Positions 17,357-26,805 are shown, numbered from the stretch's first letter. The stretch: 46,659 nt of DNA from an uncultured Planctomycetaceae bacterium (GCA_903885855.1 CAISKG010000609.1:1-46659), one strand, 5' to 3'. Program-made: numbers and translations. The notes: generated by a model not told the origin, from the letters alone.

Positions 17357-18133
17357 ATGGCTGCACGACATTCCGGTGCGGAGCGTCCTGCCCGCAAGGG
17401 GCTCTTGGGACGCAAGGTGGGCATGACCCAGGTGTTCGACGCCGACGGCACGGTGGTGCCGGTGACGGTCATCGAGGCCGGGCCGTGCAAGGTTCTCGCC
17501 CTCCGCACGCCCGAGCGCGACGGGTATGCCGCCGTGCAGGTCGGGTTCCTCGACAAGCCCCGGCGTCTGGCCAGCCGGGCGGTGCGCGGTCAGGTGGCGG
17601 TGCTCGAGAGCAAGCGCGGCAAGCGCCGTGCGGCCGCCGGCGTGGCGGCCGTGCCCAAGGCCGACAGCGAGCCGCAGCGGTACATCCGCGAGTTCCGCGG
17701 CACCTCCGAGGGGATCGAGGTGGGGCACAGCCTCACCGTCGAGCTCTTCGAGGGGGTGGAGCGCGTCGACGTCTGCGGCACCACCAAGGGGCGTGGCACC
17801 GCCGGCGTGATGAAGCGCCACGGCTTCAAGGGGCAGCGTGCCACGCACGGCGTGAAGAAGGTGCACCGCCACCAGGGCGGCACGAGCATGAACACCTCGC
17901 CGGCCCGCGTCTTCAAGGGGAAGCGCATGGCCGGCCGCTATGGCAACGAGCGTTCCACGATGCGGAATCTCCGTCTGGTGCGCGTCGACAAGGAGCACAA
18001 CCTGCTCCTCGTCCGCGGTGCGGTGCCCGGCCCCAACGGCACCCTGGTGGAGGTCCGGCAGACGAACCTCATCAAGAAGGTCGCCGGCCCCGGCGCTCCG
18101 ACCTCGAAGAAGAAGAAGGCAGGTGGCAAGTGA
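17357..18133 (+). CDS. rplC: 50S ribosomal protein L3
   Basis: GLLGRKVGMTQVFDADGTVVPVTVIE...TKGRGTAGVMKRHGFKGQRATHG. ATG 17357 within track ORF 17240..18133, with GGAG upstream. Confidence 0.92.
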   Translation: MAARHSGAERPARKGLLGRKVGMTQVFDADGTVVPVTVIEAGPCKVLALRTPERDGYAAVQVGFLDKPRRLASRAVRGQVAVLESKRGKRRAAAGVAAVPKADSEPQRYIREFRGTSEGIEVGHSLTVELFEGVERVDVCGTTKGRGTAGVMKRHGFKGQRATHGVKKVHRHQGGTSMNTSPARVFKGKRMAGRYGNERSTMRNLRLVRVDKEHNLLLVRGAVPGPNGTLVEVRQTNLIKKVAGPGAPTSKKKKAGGK

Positions 18134-18873
18134 ATCTGGCCGTCTACGACCTGAGCGGCAAGCAGGTCGGGTCGTACGAGATCGACCCGGCGGAGCTGGC
18201 GCCCTCGGTCAACAAGCAGCTCCTCCACGACGCCGTCGTGATGTACCAGGCGAACCTCCGCCAGGGCACGCAGCGCACCAAGTCGCGCGGCGAGGTCGCT
18301 GGTTCGACGAAGAAGCTCTACCGCCAGAAGGGCACCGGCAACGCGCGGGCCGGCGGTCGGCGCAGCGGCACGCGGCGCGGCGGTGGCCACATCTTCGCCA
18401 AGCGGCCCCGTGACTTCGGTTTCCGCATGCCCCGCAAGGCCCTCCAGACGGCGACCCGCATGGCGCTGGCGTCGCGGATCGCCGACGACGAGGTGCGGCT
18501 GGTCGACTCGCTCGCGTTGAACGCCCCGAAGACGGCGACCGTCGCCAAGTTTCTCGGGGCCCTCGGGCTCGGCGACCACACCGTGCTCGTCGCCCCGGAG
18601 AAGCACGACGACTCCCTCTGGAAGTCGGCGCGGAACATCGACGGCGTCTCGGTGGCTCCGGTGGGCGATCTCAACGCGTGGACGATCCTGCGTCCGCGCC
18701 GGATCGTGATGACCACCGCCGCGATCGACGCCTTCCGGGCCTCCGCCGCCGCCAAGGCCGCCCCCAAGGTCGCCAAGGGTGCCGCCGGTGGCCGCCCCCG
18801 CGCCAAGGCGAAGCCGTCGGCGACGGCGACGGCCGCGCGTCCGTCCCCCCGCAAGACCAAGCGAGGAGAGTGA
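18130..18873 (+). CDS. rplD: 50S ribosomal protein L4
   Basis: KSRGEVAGSTKKLYRQKGTGNARAGGRRSGTRRGGGHIFAKRPRDF. The GTG overlaps the rplC stop (GTGA 18130-18133). Ala/Lys-rich C-terminal extension. Confidence 0.92.
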   Translation: MNLAVYDLSGKQVGSYEIDPAELAPSVNKQLLHDAVVMYQANLRQGTQRTKSRGEVAGSTKKLYRQKGTGNARAGGRRSGTRRGGGHIFAKRPRDFGFRMPRKALQTATRMALASRIADDEVRLVDSLALNAPKTATVAKFLGALGLGDHTVLVAPEKHDDSLWKSARNIDGVSVAPVGDLNAWTILRPRRIVMTTAAIDAFRASAAAKAAPKVAKGAAGGRPRAKAKPSATATAARPSPRKTKRGE

Positions 18874-18876
18874 TCC

Positions 18877-19197
18877 ATGGCCGTCCCCGTTCCCCCGCCC
18901 CCGGCGCTCAATCCGCGGCTGTCCCCGCATCAGGTGATCGTGCGCCCGCTCGTCACGGAGAAGGGGATGCACCGCGCCCGGCGCAACGGCGCGTATTCCT
19001 TCGAGGTCGTCACCGACGCCACCAAGGCCGACATCCGCCGCGCCGTGGAGGAGTTGTTCCACGTCGAGGTGGCCAAGGTCGCGGTGCAGAACCGCATGGG
19101 CAAGGCCCGGCGCAGCCGTATGCGGCGCACCAGTGCCAAGGCCTGGAAGAAGGCGATCGTCACCCTCAAGCCCGATTTCAAGATCGAGTTGTTCTAG
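18877..19197 (+). CDS. rplW: 50S ribosomal protein L23
   Basis: [46 protein letters not shown], plus synteny. Confidence 0.92.
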   Translation: MAVPVPPPPALNPRLSPHQVIVRPLVTEKGMHRARRNGAYSFEVVTDATKADIRRAVEELFHVEVAKVAVQNRMGKARRSRMRRTSAKAWKKAIVTLKPDFKIELF

Positions 19198-19237
19198 GCC
19201 GCACCCCCGGCCCCCACACCGCAGGCCCAGCGACACC

Positions 19238-20095
19238 ATGGGAATCCGCAGCTACAACCCGACCAGCCCCGGCCGCCGTGGCGCGACGGTCTCCGATTTC
19301 AAGGAGCTCACCGCCGGCGCCGAGGCCCCGAAGCACCTCCGCCAGCGGAAGCACAAGAAGGGCGGGCGCAACAACCAGGGCAAGATCACCGCGCGGCACC
19401 GTGGCGGCGGCCACATGCAGCACTACCGGCTGATCGACTTCCGTCGCAACAAGGACGGCATCCCCGGCAAGGTCGATTCGATCCAGTACGACCCCAACCG
19501 CACCTGCCGCGTGGCCCTCGTGGTCTACGCGGACGGCGAGAAGCGCTTCATCCTCGCCCCCGACGGGCTGGTGGTGGGGGCGGCGGTGCACAGCGGGGCC
19601 GACGCGCCCCCCGAGGTCGGCAACTGCCTGCCCCTGTCGGCCATTCCGCTGGGGATGCAGGTCCACAACGTCGAGCTCCAGATCGGCCGCGGTGGTCGGA
19701 TGTGCCGCTCGGCGGGGTCGGCCGCGGTGCTGCTGGCCCGCGAGGAGCAGTGGGCGCAGCTGTCGTTGCCCAGCGGCGAGATCCGGCGCGTGCCGGCGGC
19801 CTGCCGGGCCACCATCGGCGCCATCGGTAACTCCGAGCACATGAACGTGCGGCTGGGCAAGGCCGGCCGCAAGCGGTGGATGGGCATCCGTCCCCACGTC
19901 CGCGGCACGGCGATGAATCCCATCGACCACCCGCACGGCGGTGGCGAAGGCCGCACCAAGGGTGGGCGCCACCCGGTCAGCCCCACCGGCAAGAGCGCGA
20001 AGGGTGGCGGCACCCGCAAGCCGCGGAAGCCCTCCGGGGCTTCGATCGTGCGGCGGCGGAAGAGCCGTCGCTACGGTCAGTTGAAACTGCGCTGA
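19238..20095 (+). CDS. rplB: 50S ribosomal protein L2
   Basis: [15 protein letters not shown]...[17 protein letters not shown]...[24 protein letters not shown]. Confidence 0.95.
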   Translation: MGIRSYNPTSPGRRGATVSDFKELTAGAEAPKHLRQRKHKKGGRNNQGKITARHRGGGHMQHYRLIDFRRNKDGIPGKVDSIQYDPNRTCRVALVVYADGEKRFILAPDGLVVGAAVHSGADAPPEVGNCLPLSAIPLGMQVHNVELQIGRGGRMCRSAGSAAVLLAREEQWAQLSLPSGEIRRVPAACRATIGAIGNSEHMNVRLGKAGRKRWMGIRPHVRGTAMNPIDHPHGGGEGRTKGGRHPVSPTGKSAKGGGTRKPRKPSGASIVRRRKSRRYGQLKLR

Positions 20096-20214
20096 CGCGC
20101 GGCGGGGCCGCATCCGGCTCGACGCACCGACGGCATCACACGACACGACGGCACGACACACCAATCACGGTCAACGCAAACAGGGCAGGGGAGAGGGCGA
20201 CCTCTCGGTGAACC

Positions 20215-20493
20215 ATGGGACGCAGTTCGAAGAAGGGGCCGTACGTCGACCCCCGCCTCTACGAGAAGGTCGAGGCGCAACTCGGCGGCAGCAAGCGCGA
20301 CCCGATCAAGACCTGGTCGCGGGCGTGCACGATCGTGCCCGAATTCATCGGGCTGACGTTCATGGTCCACAACGGCAAGCAGCACGTGAAGGTGTTCGTC
20401 ACCGAGGACATGGTGGGGCACAAGCTCGGCGAATTCGCCCCGACCCGGACGTTCCGTGGCCACGGCGGCAAGGTCAAGGAGGCGGCGAAGTGA
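20215..20493 (+). CDS. rpsS: 30S ribosomal protein S19
   Basis: [15 protein letters not shown]...[53 protein letters not shown]. Confidence 0.95.
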   Translation: MGRSSKKGPYVDPRLYEKVEAQLGGSKRDPIKTWSRACTIVPEFIGLTFMVHNGKQHVKVFVTEDMVGHKLGEFAPTRTFRGHGGKVKEAAK

Positions 20494-20552
20494 TCGTCGC
20501 CCCCGGCGGCCGGTCGCGGTCGCGGTGGGGCGGCTGAATCGAGGGATCCATC

Positions 20553-20891
20553 ATGGCGTACACGGCAATCCACAAGTTCGCGAGGATCAGTCCGCGGAAG
20601 GTGCGGGCTCTGGCCGACCTCGTCCGCGGCAAGTTCGCCGACGAGGCGCTCGACATCCTGCGCTTCCAGCCGCACCGCGGCGCGCGGATGCTCGAGAAGG
20701 TGATCAAGAGTGCGCTGGGCAACGCCGAGCACCAGCAGGCTCCCGGCGTGGACGACCTGGTGGTCGTCGACGCCCGCGTCGACGGCGGGCCGATGTTCAA
20801 GCGCATCCGCCCCCGGGCGCGGGGCATGGCCTTCGGCATCAAGCGGCGGATGTCGCACATCCGCGTGGCCCTCGACAATCCCGGCGACTGA
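20553..20891 (+). CDS. rplV: 50S ribosomal protein L22
   Basis: ARISPRKVRALADLVRGKFADEALDILRF...VVVDARVDGGPMFKRIRPRARGMAFGIKRRMSHIRV. Confidence 0.93.
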   Translation: MAYTAIHKFARISPRKVRALADLVRGKFADEALDILRFQPHRGARMLEKVIKSALGNAEHQQAPGVDDLVVVDARVDGGPMFKRIRPRARGMAFGIKRRMSHIRVALDNPGD

Positions 20892-20954
20892 CGCCCCGAT
20901 CCACATCCCCCCGCAACCACCCGATCCGAATCATCCCGTCAGGAACGAGTTCCC

Positions 20955-21650
20955 ATGGGTCAGAAGGTCAATCCCGTCGGCTTCCGCACCGGCATCACCG
21001 AGCCGTGGAAGAGCCGTTGGTATGCGACGAAGAAGGACTTCCGCGATCTCCTCATGGAGGATTTCAAGGTCCGCAAGTTCATCAAGTCGAAGTACCGCGC
21101 CGCGGCGATCCCGAAGGTCGAGATCGAGCGCACGCGCGACGAGGTGAAGGTGATCCTCCACTCGGCGCGACCGGGCGTGCTCATCGGCCGCAAGGGGCAG
21201 GAGGTCGACCGGCTGCAGGACGAGCTGCAGGAGTTGCTCGGCCGCCGCGTGAACCTCAAGGTCGAGGAGGTGGGGCGGCCGGAGATCCAGGCGCAGCTCA
21301 TCGCCGAGGACATCTGCGATCAGCTCTCGAAGCGGGCCGCCTTCCGGCGCACCATGAAGCGCGCCATGGACACCACCATGGACTCGGGTGCCAAGGGGGT
21401 GAAGATCCAGTTGGCGGGCCGTCTCGGCGGCGCCGAAATGTCGCGGTGCGAGAAGGCGATCGCGGGCGCGATGCCGCTGTCGACGCTCCGCGCGAAGATC
21501 GACTACGGCTTCTGCGAGGCCCCGACCGCGCAGGGCAACATCGGGGTTCAGGTGTGGGTCAACCAAGGTACGTACGAGGAGAGCGGCGATGGCGCTGATG
21601 CCCAAGAGGGTCAAGCACCGAAAAAGCCAAAGAGGTCGTATAAGAGGTGA
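20955..21650 (+). CDS. rpsC: 30S ribosomal protein S3
   Basis: [24 protein letters not shown]...KH domain...[20 protein letters not shown]...GNIGVQVWV. Basic tail ...[11 protein letters not shown]. Its last 62 nt overlap rplP in another frame. Confidence 0.93.
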   Translation: MGQKVNPVGFRTGITEPWKSRWYATKKDFRDLLMEDFKVRKFIKSKYRAAAIPKVEIERTRDEVKVILHSARPGVLIGRKGQEVDRLQDELQELLGRRVNLKVEEVGRPEIQAQLIAEDICDQLSKRAAFRRTMKRAMDTTMDSGAKGVKIQLAGRLGGAEMSRCEKAIAGAMPLSTLRAKIDYGFCEAPTAQGNIGVQVWVNQGTYEESGDGADAQEGQAPKKPKRSYKR

Positions 21651-22004
21651 CGCCACCCGCGGCAATCGCGTCGTCTTCGGCGACTTCGGCCTCCAATCGG
21701 AGCAGGCCGGGTGGCTGCCGGCGGCACGATCGAAGCGGGGCGCATCGCGGCCAGCCAGTACCTCCGCAACGAGGGCCGGCTGTACGTGCGCGTCTTCCCT
21801 CACAAGTCGGTCACCTCGATCCCCCTCGAGACCCGCATGGGCAAGGGGAAGGGCGAGCCGGAGTATTGGGCCGCGGTCATCAAGCCGGGCACGATCCTCT
21901 ACGAGATCGGCGGCGTGTCGGAGGAGGCGGCCCGGGTGTGCCTGGCGCGGTTGGCCCACAAGATGCCGATCCGCGTCCGGTTCGTGAAGCGGCGGGCGAT
22001 GTGA
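21589..22004 (+). CDS. rplP: 50S ribosomal protein L16, reading frame interrupted by a 1-nt frame change at about 21715-21720
   Basis: The N-terminus [43 protein letters not shown] is in the frame of track ORF 21589..21987. The conserved remainder [58 protein letters not shown]...[10 protein letters not shown] is in the frame of track ORF 21711..22004. Together they total about 138 aa, the normal L16 length. Confidence 0.85.
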
Positions 22005-22074
22005 GGCGGGGGGCGACGGCCTCGGGCGATCGAACGGTTTCCGGAATGGACGGCCCCGACCAAGGGCAGCAGCG

Positions 22075-22449
22075 ATGACCAAGATCAAAGAACTCCGCGA
22101 CATGAGCGACGAGCAGGTGCGTCTGGTCTGGAAGGACGCGGCCGAAGTCCTCTTCAAGCTGCGCCTCCAGGCCCAGACCGAGAAGCTGGCGTCGCCGACC
22201 GACCTGCGGAAGCACCGTCGCACGATCGCCCGCTGCCAGACGCTGCTCGGCCAGCGCGGCAGCGTGGTGGCGCCGGCGGCCGGCCCGGACGGCGCCCCGG
22301 CCGAGGTCAAGGCGCAGCACGATGCGGTCGTCCACGGGAAGCACGCCAAGAAGAAGCGGCTGGCCGGGCGGGCGAAGGTGAAGGCTCCCGGGAAGGGGGC
22401 GATCGCCTCCCGGCGGCGGTTCCAGAAGCGCACCCAGAGCGGCAAGTGA
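22075..22449 (+). CDS. rpmC: 50S ribosomal protein L29 with a basic C-terminal extension of about 60 aa
   Basis: MTKIKELRDMSDEQVRLVWKDAAEVLFKLRLQAQTEKLASPTDLRKHRRTIARCQTLL is L29-like. The extension keeps high GC3, so it looks genuinely coding. Confidence 0.88.
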   Translation: MTKIKELRDMSDEQVRLVWKDAAEVLFKLRLQAQTEKLASPTDLRKHRRTIARCQTLLGQRGSVVAPAAGPDGAPAEVKAQHDAVVHGKHAKKKRLAGRAKVKAPGKGAIASRRRFQKRTQSGK

Positions 22450-22520
22450 CCCAGGCCCGGGCGTCCCGGGGCGGGTCTGACACACACGGCACACACGAGC
22501 AGTCCTGACAGGAAACAGTC

Positions 22521-22883
22521 ATGCCAAGGCGAGTGGAGAAGGGCACGGTGACGAGCGCCGCGTCGAAGAAGACGCGGCGGGTGGAGATTCCGCGCGTCGT
22601 GCGGCATCCGAAGTACGGCCGGATCCTCCACCGCCGCACCGTCTGCCACGTGCACGACGAGGACGAGACCTCGGCTCCGGGCGACATCGTCGAGATCATC
22701 GAGTGCCGGCCGCGGAGCCGGCTGAAGCGGTGGGAACTCGTCCGCGTGGTCGCCAAGAGCACGGCCGTCGATCTGGCCCAGCTCCGCAGCGGCGCCCGCG
22801 CGACGCAGCTCAGGGAATCGGCCGCCAAGGCCGAGGAGGCCTCGGCCACCGGCCGTGAGGCAGGGGAAGGGGGCGCGACATGA
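22521..22883 (+). CDS. rpsQ: 30S ribosomal protein S17 with a C-terminal extension
   Basis: [68 protein letters not shown]. Its stop overlaps the rplN ATG (ATGA). Confidence 0.9.
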   Translation: MPRRVEKGTVTSAASKKTRRVEIPRVVRHPKYGRILHRRTVCHVHDEDETSAPGDIVEIIECRPRSRLKRWELVRVVAKSTAVDLAQLRSGARATQLRESAAKAEEASATGREAGEGGAT

Positions 22884-23248
22884 TCCAGATGCAGACCCGG
22901 CTCGTCGTGGCCGACAACACCGGCGCCAAGGAGGTGATGTGCTTCAAGGTGCTCGGCGGGAGCAAGAAGCGCACCGCGGGCATCGGCGACATCATCGTGT
23001 GCAGCGTGAAGAGCGTGATCCCGGGCAGCGACGTGAAGAAGAAGGCGGTCGTGAAGGCCGTCATCGTGCGTTGCAAGAAGCCGACGCGCCGCGACGACGG
23101 CAGCTACGTCCGCTTCGACTCCAACGCCTGCGTGATCATCGACAACGAGAAGAATCCCAAGGGCACGCGCATCTTCGGGGCCGTGGCCCGTGAACTGCGC
23201 GACCGCAACTTCATGAAGATCGTCAGTCTGGCGAGCGAGGTGGTGTGA
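22880..23248 (+). CDS. rplN: 50S ribosomal protein L14
   Basis: [44 protein letters not shown]...[16 protein letters not shown]. Confidence 0.95.
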   Translation: MIQMQTRLVVADNTGAKEVMCFKVLGGSKKRTAGIGDIIVCSVKSVIPGSDVKKKAVVKAVIVRCKKPTRRDDGSYVRFDSNACVIIDNEKNPKGTRIFGAVARELRDRNFMKIVSLASEVV

Positions 23249-23580
23249 TGTTGATCCGTTCCGGCGACATGGTCGAGGTCAAGACCGGCAACGCCAAGGG
23301 CACGCGCGCCAAGGTGCTGTCGGTGCGCCGCGCCGACGGCAAGCTGGTGGTCGAGGGGGTGAATCGCGTCTACCGGCACATGCGCCGCAGCCAGAAGAAT
23401 CCCCAGGGGGGACGGCTCAGCAAGGAGATGCCGATCGACGCGTCGAACGTCCTCGTCGTGTGCAGCGCCTGCGGCAAGGCGGCCCGGCTGGGGGTGAAGC
23501 TCCTCGCCGACGGCGGGCGGGTGCGGATGTGCAAGAAGTGCGGCGCCGACCTCGGGGTGCTCCGCGCGGCGAAGAAGTGA
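23248..23580 (+). CDS. rplX: 50S ribosomal protein L24 (C-terminal CxxC...CxxC variant)
   Basis: [26 protein letters not shown]...VEGVNRVYRHMRRSQKNPQGGRLSKEMPIDASNV, then CSACGKAARLGVKLLADGGRVRMCKKCG. ATG 23248 overlaps the rplN TGA. GTG 23245 is the alternative start. Confidence 0.9.
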   Translation: MLIRSGDMVEVKTGNAKGTRAKVLSVRRADGKLVVEGVNRVYRHMRRSQKNPQGGRLSKEMPIDASNVLVVCSACGKAARLGVKLLADGGRVRMCKKCGADLGVLRAAKK

Positions 23581-23653
23581 CCCGCGCCGCGGCCGGCGGC
23601 GACGGGCGGGACATTCGGTGGGTATCCGACAGGCATTCGGAAGGACGGTTGCG

Positions 23654-24274
23654 ATGGCGAAGAAGACCAAGGCACAGGCGGACGGCTCGGGCGGGGATGC
23701 CCCCGCGGGCGCTCCGCGCCTCCTCCAGCACTACGTGGACACCGTCCGGCCGGCGCTGGGCAAGGCGCTCGACCGCACCAACCCGCACGCCATCCCGCGG
23801 ATCGAGAAGATCGTGGTCAACATGGGCGTCGGGGTGGCGGTGACGGAGAAGAAGTTCCTCGAGGAGGCGATCGGGGCGCTGGCCCAGGTGACCGGCCAGA
23901 AGCCGGTGGCCACCCTCTCCAAGGCCGCCGTCTCGGGCTTCAAGCTCCGCGAGAACCTGCCGATCGGCTGCAAGGTGACGCTCCGCGGCAACCGGATGTA
24001 CGAATTCCTCGATCGCCTGGTGTCGCTGGCCCTGCCGCGGGTGCGCGACTTCCGCGGCCTCTCGAGCACCGCGTTCGACGGACACGGCAACTACAGCCTG
24101 GGGCTGTCGGAGCAGATGGTGTTTCCGGAGATCAATCCCGACAAGTACACGCGGCCGCAGGGGATGAACATCACGCTGGTGACCTCGGCGCGGACCGACG
24201 ACGAGGCCCGGCAATTGCTGCGGGCGATGGGTGTGCCTTTGAAGAAGGACGAGGACGGGGGTGCCGCGGCGTAG
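23654..24274 (+). CDS. rplE: 50S ribosomal protein L5
   Basis: IPRIEKIVVNMGVG...GQKPVATLSKAAVSGFKLRENLPIGCKVTLRGNRMYEFLDRL...PRVRDFRGL...GNYSLGLSEQMVFPEI. GGAAGGA upstream of ATG 23654. Confidence 0.93.
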   Translation: MAKKTKAQADGSGGDAPAGAPRLLQHYVDTVRPALGKALDRTNPHAIPRIEKIVVNMGVGVAVTEKKFLEEAIGALAQVTGQKPVATLSKAAVSGFKLRENLPIGCKVTLRGNRMYEFLDRLVSLALPRVRDFRGLSSTAFDGHGNYSLGLSEQMVFPEINPDKYTRPQGMNITLVTSARTDDEARQLLRAMGVPLKKDEDGGAAA

Positions 24275-24343
24275 CGGCATGCCCGGTGACCACCGGGAAG
24301 CATCGGACCTGGGCCGCGACGGCGGCCCGCGTTGGAAGGTGAC

Positions 24344-24529
24344 ATGGCAAGCAAGTCGAAGATCGCGGCGGCCAAACGCCCGCCGAAGTTTTCCACCCGC
24401 AAGGTGCAGCGCTGCATGCTCTGCGGTCGTCCCCGGGCGGTGTACCGGAAATTCGGCCTGTGCCGGATCTGTTTCCGGAAACTCGCCGACCAGGGCTGCA
24501 TTCCCGGGGTGAAGAAGGCGAGTTGGTGA
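24344..24529 (+). CDS. rpsZ: 30S ribosomal protein S14 type Z (zinc-binding, 61 aa)
   Basis: [61 protein letters not shown], with CxxC...CxxC. GGAAGGTG upstream. Confidence 0.93.
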   Translation: MASKSKIAAAKRPPKFSTRKVQRCMLCGRPRAVYRKFGLCRICFRKLADQGCIPGVKKASW

Positions 24530-24752
24530 TCCAGGGCGCGTCCCTCCTTTTCCGGTCACCGTGTGTGGCCCGGGGACGGATGGACGGCGGCACGGGGGCG
24601 ACGGCGACGGAGGCCGGCGCCGCGGGGTCGGAGGGTCGGGAGCGGACGCGAGGCGGCCACCGTACGACCGACGACGACGCACGAGGCAGGGTGCAGGACA
24701 GGCAGGCAGACACGCACGTCAGGGTTCAACGTTTCACAAGGGTCTTCCGGAC

Positions 24753-25148
24753 ATGATGACCGATCCCATCGCCGACATGCTCACCCGCATCCGCAACGCG
24801 GTGCGCGTCGAACGCGCCTTCGTGGAGGTTCCCACCTCGAAGGTCAAGCGCGGCGTCGCCGAGGTGCTGAAGCGGGAGGGGTACATCTGGGACTGGAAAG
24901 AGGTCGAGGGGGAGCCGGCGACGAAGCTCCAGCTCGAGCTCAAGTACGGGCCCAACGGCGAGCGGCTCATCCGCCACATCCGTCGCGTCAGCTCCCCGGG
25001 GCGGCGCGTGTACAGCCGGTCGGTGCGCCTCCGTCCCGTGCTCGGCGGACTGGGGATCTCGATCCTCTCCACCAGCAGCGGCGTGGTGAGCGACCGCGAG
25101 GCGCGCCAGCGGAAGCTCGGCGGCGAGGTGCTCTGCGAGCTGTGGTGA
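24753..25148 (+). CDS. rpsH: 30S ribosomal protein S8
   Basis: MMTDPIADMLTRIRNAVRVERAFVEVPTSKVKRGVAEVLKREGYI...GLGISILSTSSGVVSDREARQRKLGGEVLCELW. ATG 24753 inside track ORF 24561..25148. Confidence 0.93.
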   Translation: MMTDPIADMLTRIRNAVRVERAFVEVPTSKVKRGVAEVLKREGYIWDWKEVEGEPATKLQLELKYGPNGERLIRHIRRVSSPGRRVYSRSVRLRPVLGGLGISILSTSSGVVSDREARQRKLGGEVLCELW

Positions 25149-25224
25149 TCGGTCGGGATGGAGCGGACGGTCGGGCTGGGCGGTCGGGCTGCGGTTGCGG
25201 TCGAATCAACGAAAGGTCGATGCG

Positions 25225-25770
25225 ATGTCAAGGATCGGGAAGGCTCCGGTGCAGATCCCCAAGGGGGTCAAGGTCGCGATCGAGGGGGATCTCCTCAAGG
25301 TCGAGGGTCCGCTCGGCAAACTCGAGCACCGCGTCCACCCCGCGGTGAAGGTGCACGTCGACCCGGCCGACGGCCACCTCAAGGTGACCCGCGGCGGCGA
25401 TGACCGTGTCTCGCGCGCCGTGCACGGCCTGACGCGTGCCCTGTCCGCCAACATGGTGGAGGGGGTGTCGAAGGGCTACGAGAAGAAGCTCGAGATCGTG
25501 GGCGTGGGGTACATCGCGGCCATCCAGAAGGACGTCCTGCAGCTCCGCGTCGGCTTCGCCAACGAACTCCAGGTGCCGATCCCCGCCGGCCTCACCGTGA
25601 CCTGCCCCGACCAGACCCACATCGTCATCAAGGGCATCGACAAGCATCTCGTGGGCCAGTTCGCCGCCGAGGTCCGCGCCCGTCGCAAGCCGGAGCCCTA
25701 CAAGGGCAAGGGCATCCGCTACGAGAACGAGCAGGTCCGCCGCAAGGCCGGCAAGGCGGTCACGAAGTAA
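25225..25770 (+). CDS. rplF: 50S ribosomal protein L6
   Basis: MSRIGKAPVQIPKGVKVAIEGDLLKVEGPLGKL...KKLEIVGVGYIAA...RKPEPYKGKGIRYENEQVRRKAGK. Confidence 0.93.
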   Translation: MSRIGKAPVQIPKGVKVAIEGDLLKVEGPLGKLEHRVHPAVKVHVDPADGHLKVTRGGDDRVSRAVHGLTRALSANMVEGVSKGYEKKLEIVGVGYIAAIQKDVLQLRVGFANELQVPIPAGLTVTCPDQTHIVIKGIDKHLVGQFAAEVRARRKPEPYKGKGIRYENEQVRRKAGKAVTK

Positions 25771-25854
25771 GCCACGCCCGGTGCCGCGGCGGGGCATCCC
25801 GCGCGGCCCCACGCCTCCCCCAACCCTTCCCGAAACCCTTCCGGTCATCCTCCC

Positions 25855-26223
25855 ATGGACCACGCCCGCACGATCCGCCGGCAGCGCATGCGTCGCCGGT
25901 TCCGCGTCCGCCGCAGCATCCGCGGCACCGCCGAGCGGCCCCGCCTGGCCGTGTTCCGCACGCACAAGCACATCTACGCCCAGATCATCGACGACGCCGC
26001 CGGGCGGACGCTCGTGGCGGCGAGCACCATGGACAAGCAGCTCCGTGACGCCGTCGGGTTCGGCGGCAACAAGCAGGCCGCCGAGGCGATCGGCAAGGCC
26101 GTGGCCGAGCGGGCCCGGGCGGCCGGGATCACCAAGGTGTGCTTCGACCGCGGGGCCTTCCGCTACCATGGTCGGGTGGCGGCGCTTGCCGACGCGGCCC
26201 GGGCCGCCGGCCTCGAGTTCTGA
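25855..26223 (+). CDS. rplR: 50S ribosomal protein L18
   Basis: [31 protein letters not shown]...[31 protein letters not shown]. Confidence 0.93.
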   Translation: MDHARTIRRQRMRRRFRVRRSIRGTAERPRLAVFRTHKHIYAQIIDDAAGRTLVAASTMDKQLRDAVGFGGNKQAAEAIGKAVAERARAAGITKVCFDRGAFRYHGRVAALADAARAAGLEF

Positions 26224-26274
26224 TCCTTCCCTTCCCATCCATCCGCGTTCCAGCCTTCCGGAGCAACGAAGACC

Positions 26275-26805
26275 GTGTCGAGCAGCAGCAGTCAGGGACG
26301 CGGGGGGGATTCCCGCGAAGGTCGCGGCGGCGAACGCGGCGGCGAATTCGCCGAGAAGGTCGTCAAGGTGCGGCGCTGCGCCACCGTCGTGAAGGGCGGG
26401 CGGCGTTTCAGCTTCGCGGGTCTCGTGGTGGTGGGCAACGGCCGCGGCAAGGTGGGCTGCGGGTATGCCAAGGCCAACGAGGTGCCGCCGGCGGTCGAGA
26501 AGGCGATCAAGGACGGCATGAAGAACCTCATCGAGGTTCCGATCGAGGCCGGCTCGATTCCCCACCGCGTCGAGGGCACGAGCGGAACGGCGAAGGTCAT
26601 CCTGCTGCCGGCGAGCCCGGGTACCGGCATCATCGCCGGGGCGGCGGTGCGGGCGGTGTGCGAGTCGGCCGGGATCCGTGACGTGCTCAGCAAGGCCCAC
26701 GGCTCCACCAATCCGGTGAATCTCGTCAAGGCGGCCCTCGAGGCGCTCAAGCAGCTGCGGACGAAGGCCGAGGTGGAACGGCTCCGCGGGGTGACGTTGT
26801 CGTGA
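26275..26805 (+). CDS. rpsE: 30S ribosomal protein S5
   Basis: KVVKVRRCATVVKGGRRFSFAGLVVVGNGRGKVGCGYAKANEVPPAVEKA...PASPGTGIIAGAAVRAVCESAGIRDVLSKAHGSTNP. GTG start. Confidence 0.93.
   Translation: MSSSSSQGRGGDSREGRGGERGGEFAEKVVKVRRCATVVKGGRRFSFAGLVVVGNGRGKVGCGYAKANEVPPAVEKAIKDGMKNLIEVPIEAGSIPHRVEGTSGTAKVILLPASPGTGIIAGAAVRAVCESAGIRDVLSKAHGSTNPVNLVKAALEALKQLRTKAEVERLRGVTLS

Noticed and set aside
21700-21730. Programmed -1 ribosomal frameshift in rplP
   Set aside because: There is no slippery heptamer, no obvious downstream pseudoknot and no precedent known to me. A second homopolymer-type frame break in the lipase gene points to assembly indels. I kept it as a finding only because it needs read-level verification.
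23455-23560. CxxC...CxxC zinc-ribbon-like tail of L24 as a novel feature
   Set aside because: To my recollection Thermus thermophilus L24 carries a very similar C-terminal CPACG...CAKCG segment. This is therefore a known variant, not a novelty.
24530-24752. G-rich 223-nt rpsZ-rpsH spacer as a G-quadruplex or hidden gene (track ORF 24561..25148 extends S8 upstream)
   Set aside because: The upstream extension of the S8 frame is Gly/Arg junk. The G-tracts are mostly GG with long loops, so a stable G4 is not evident. It is only noted within the long-spacer observation.
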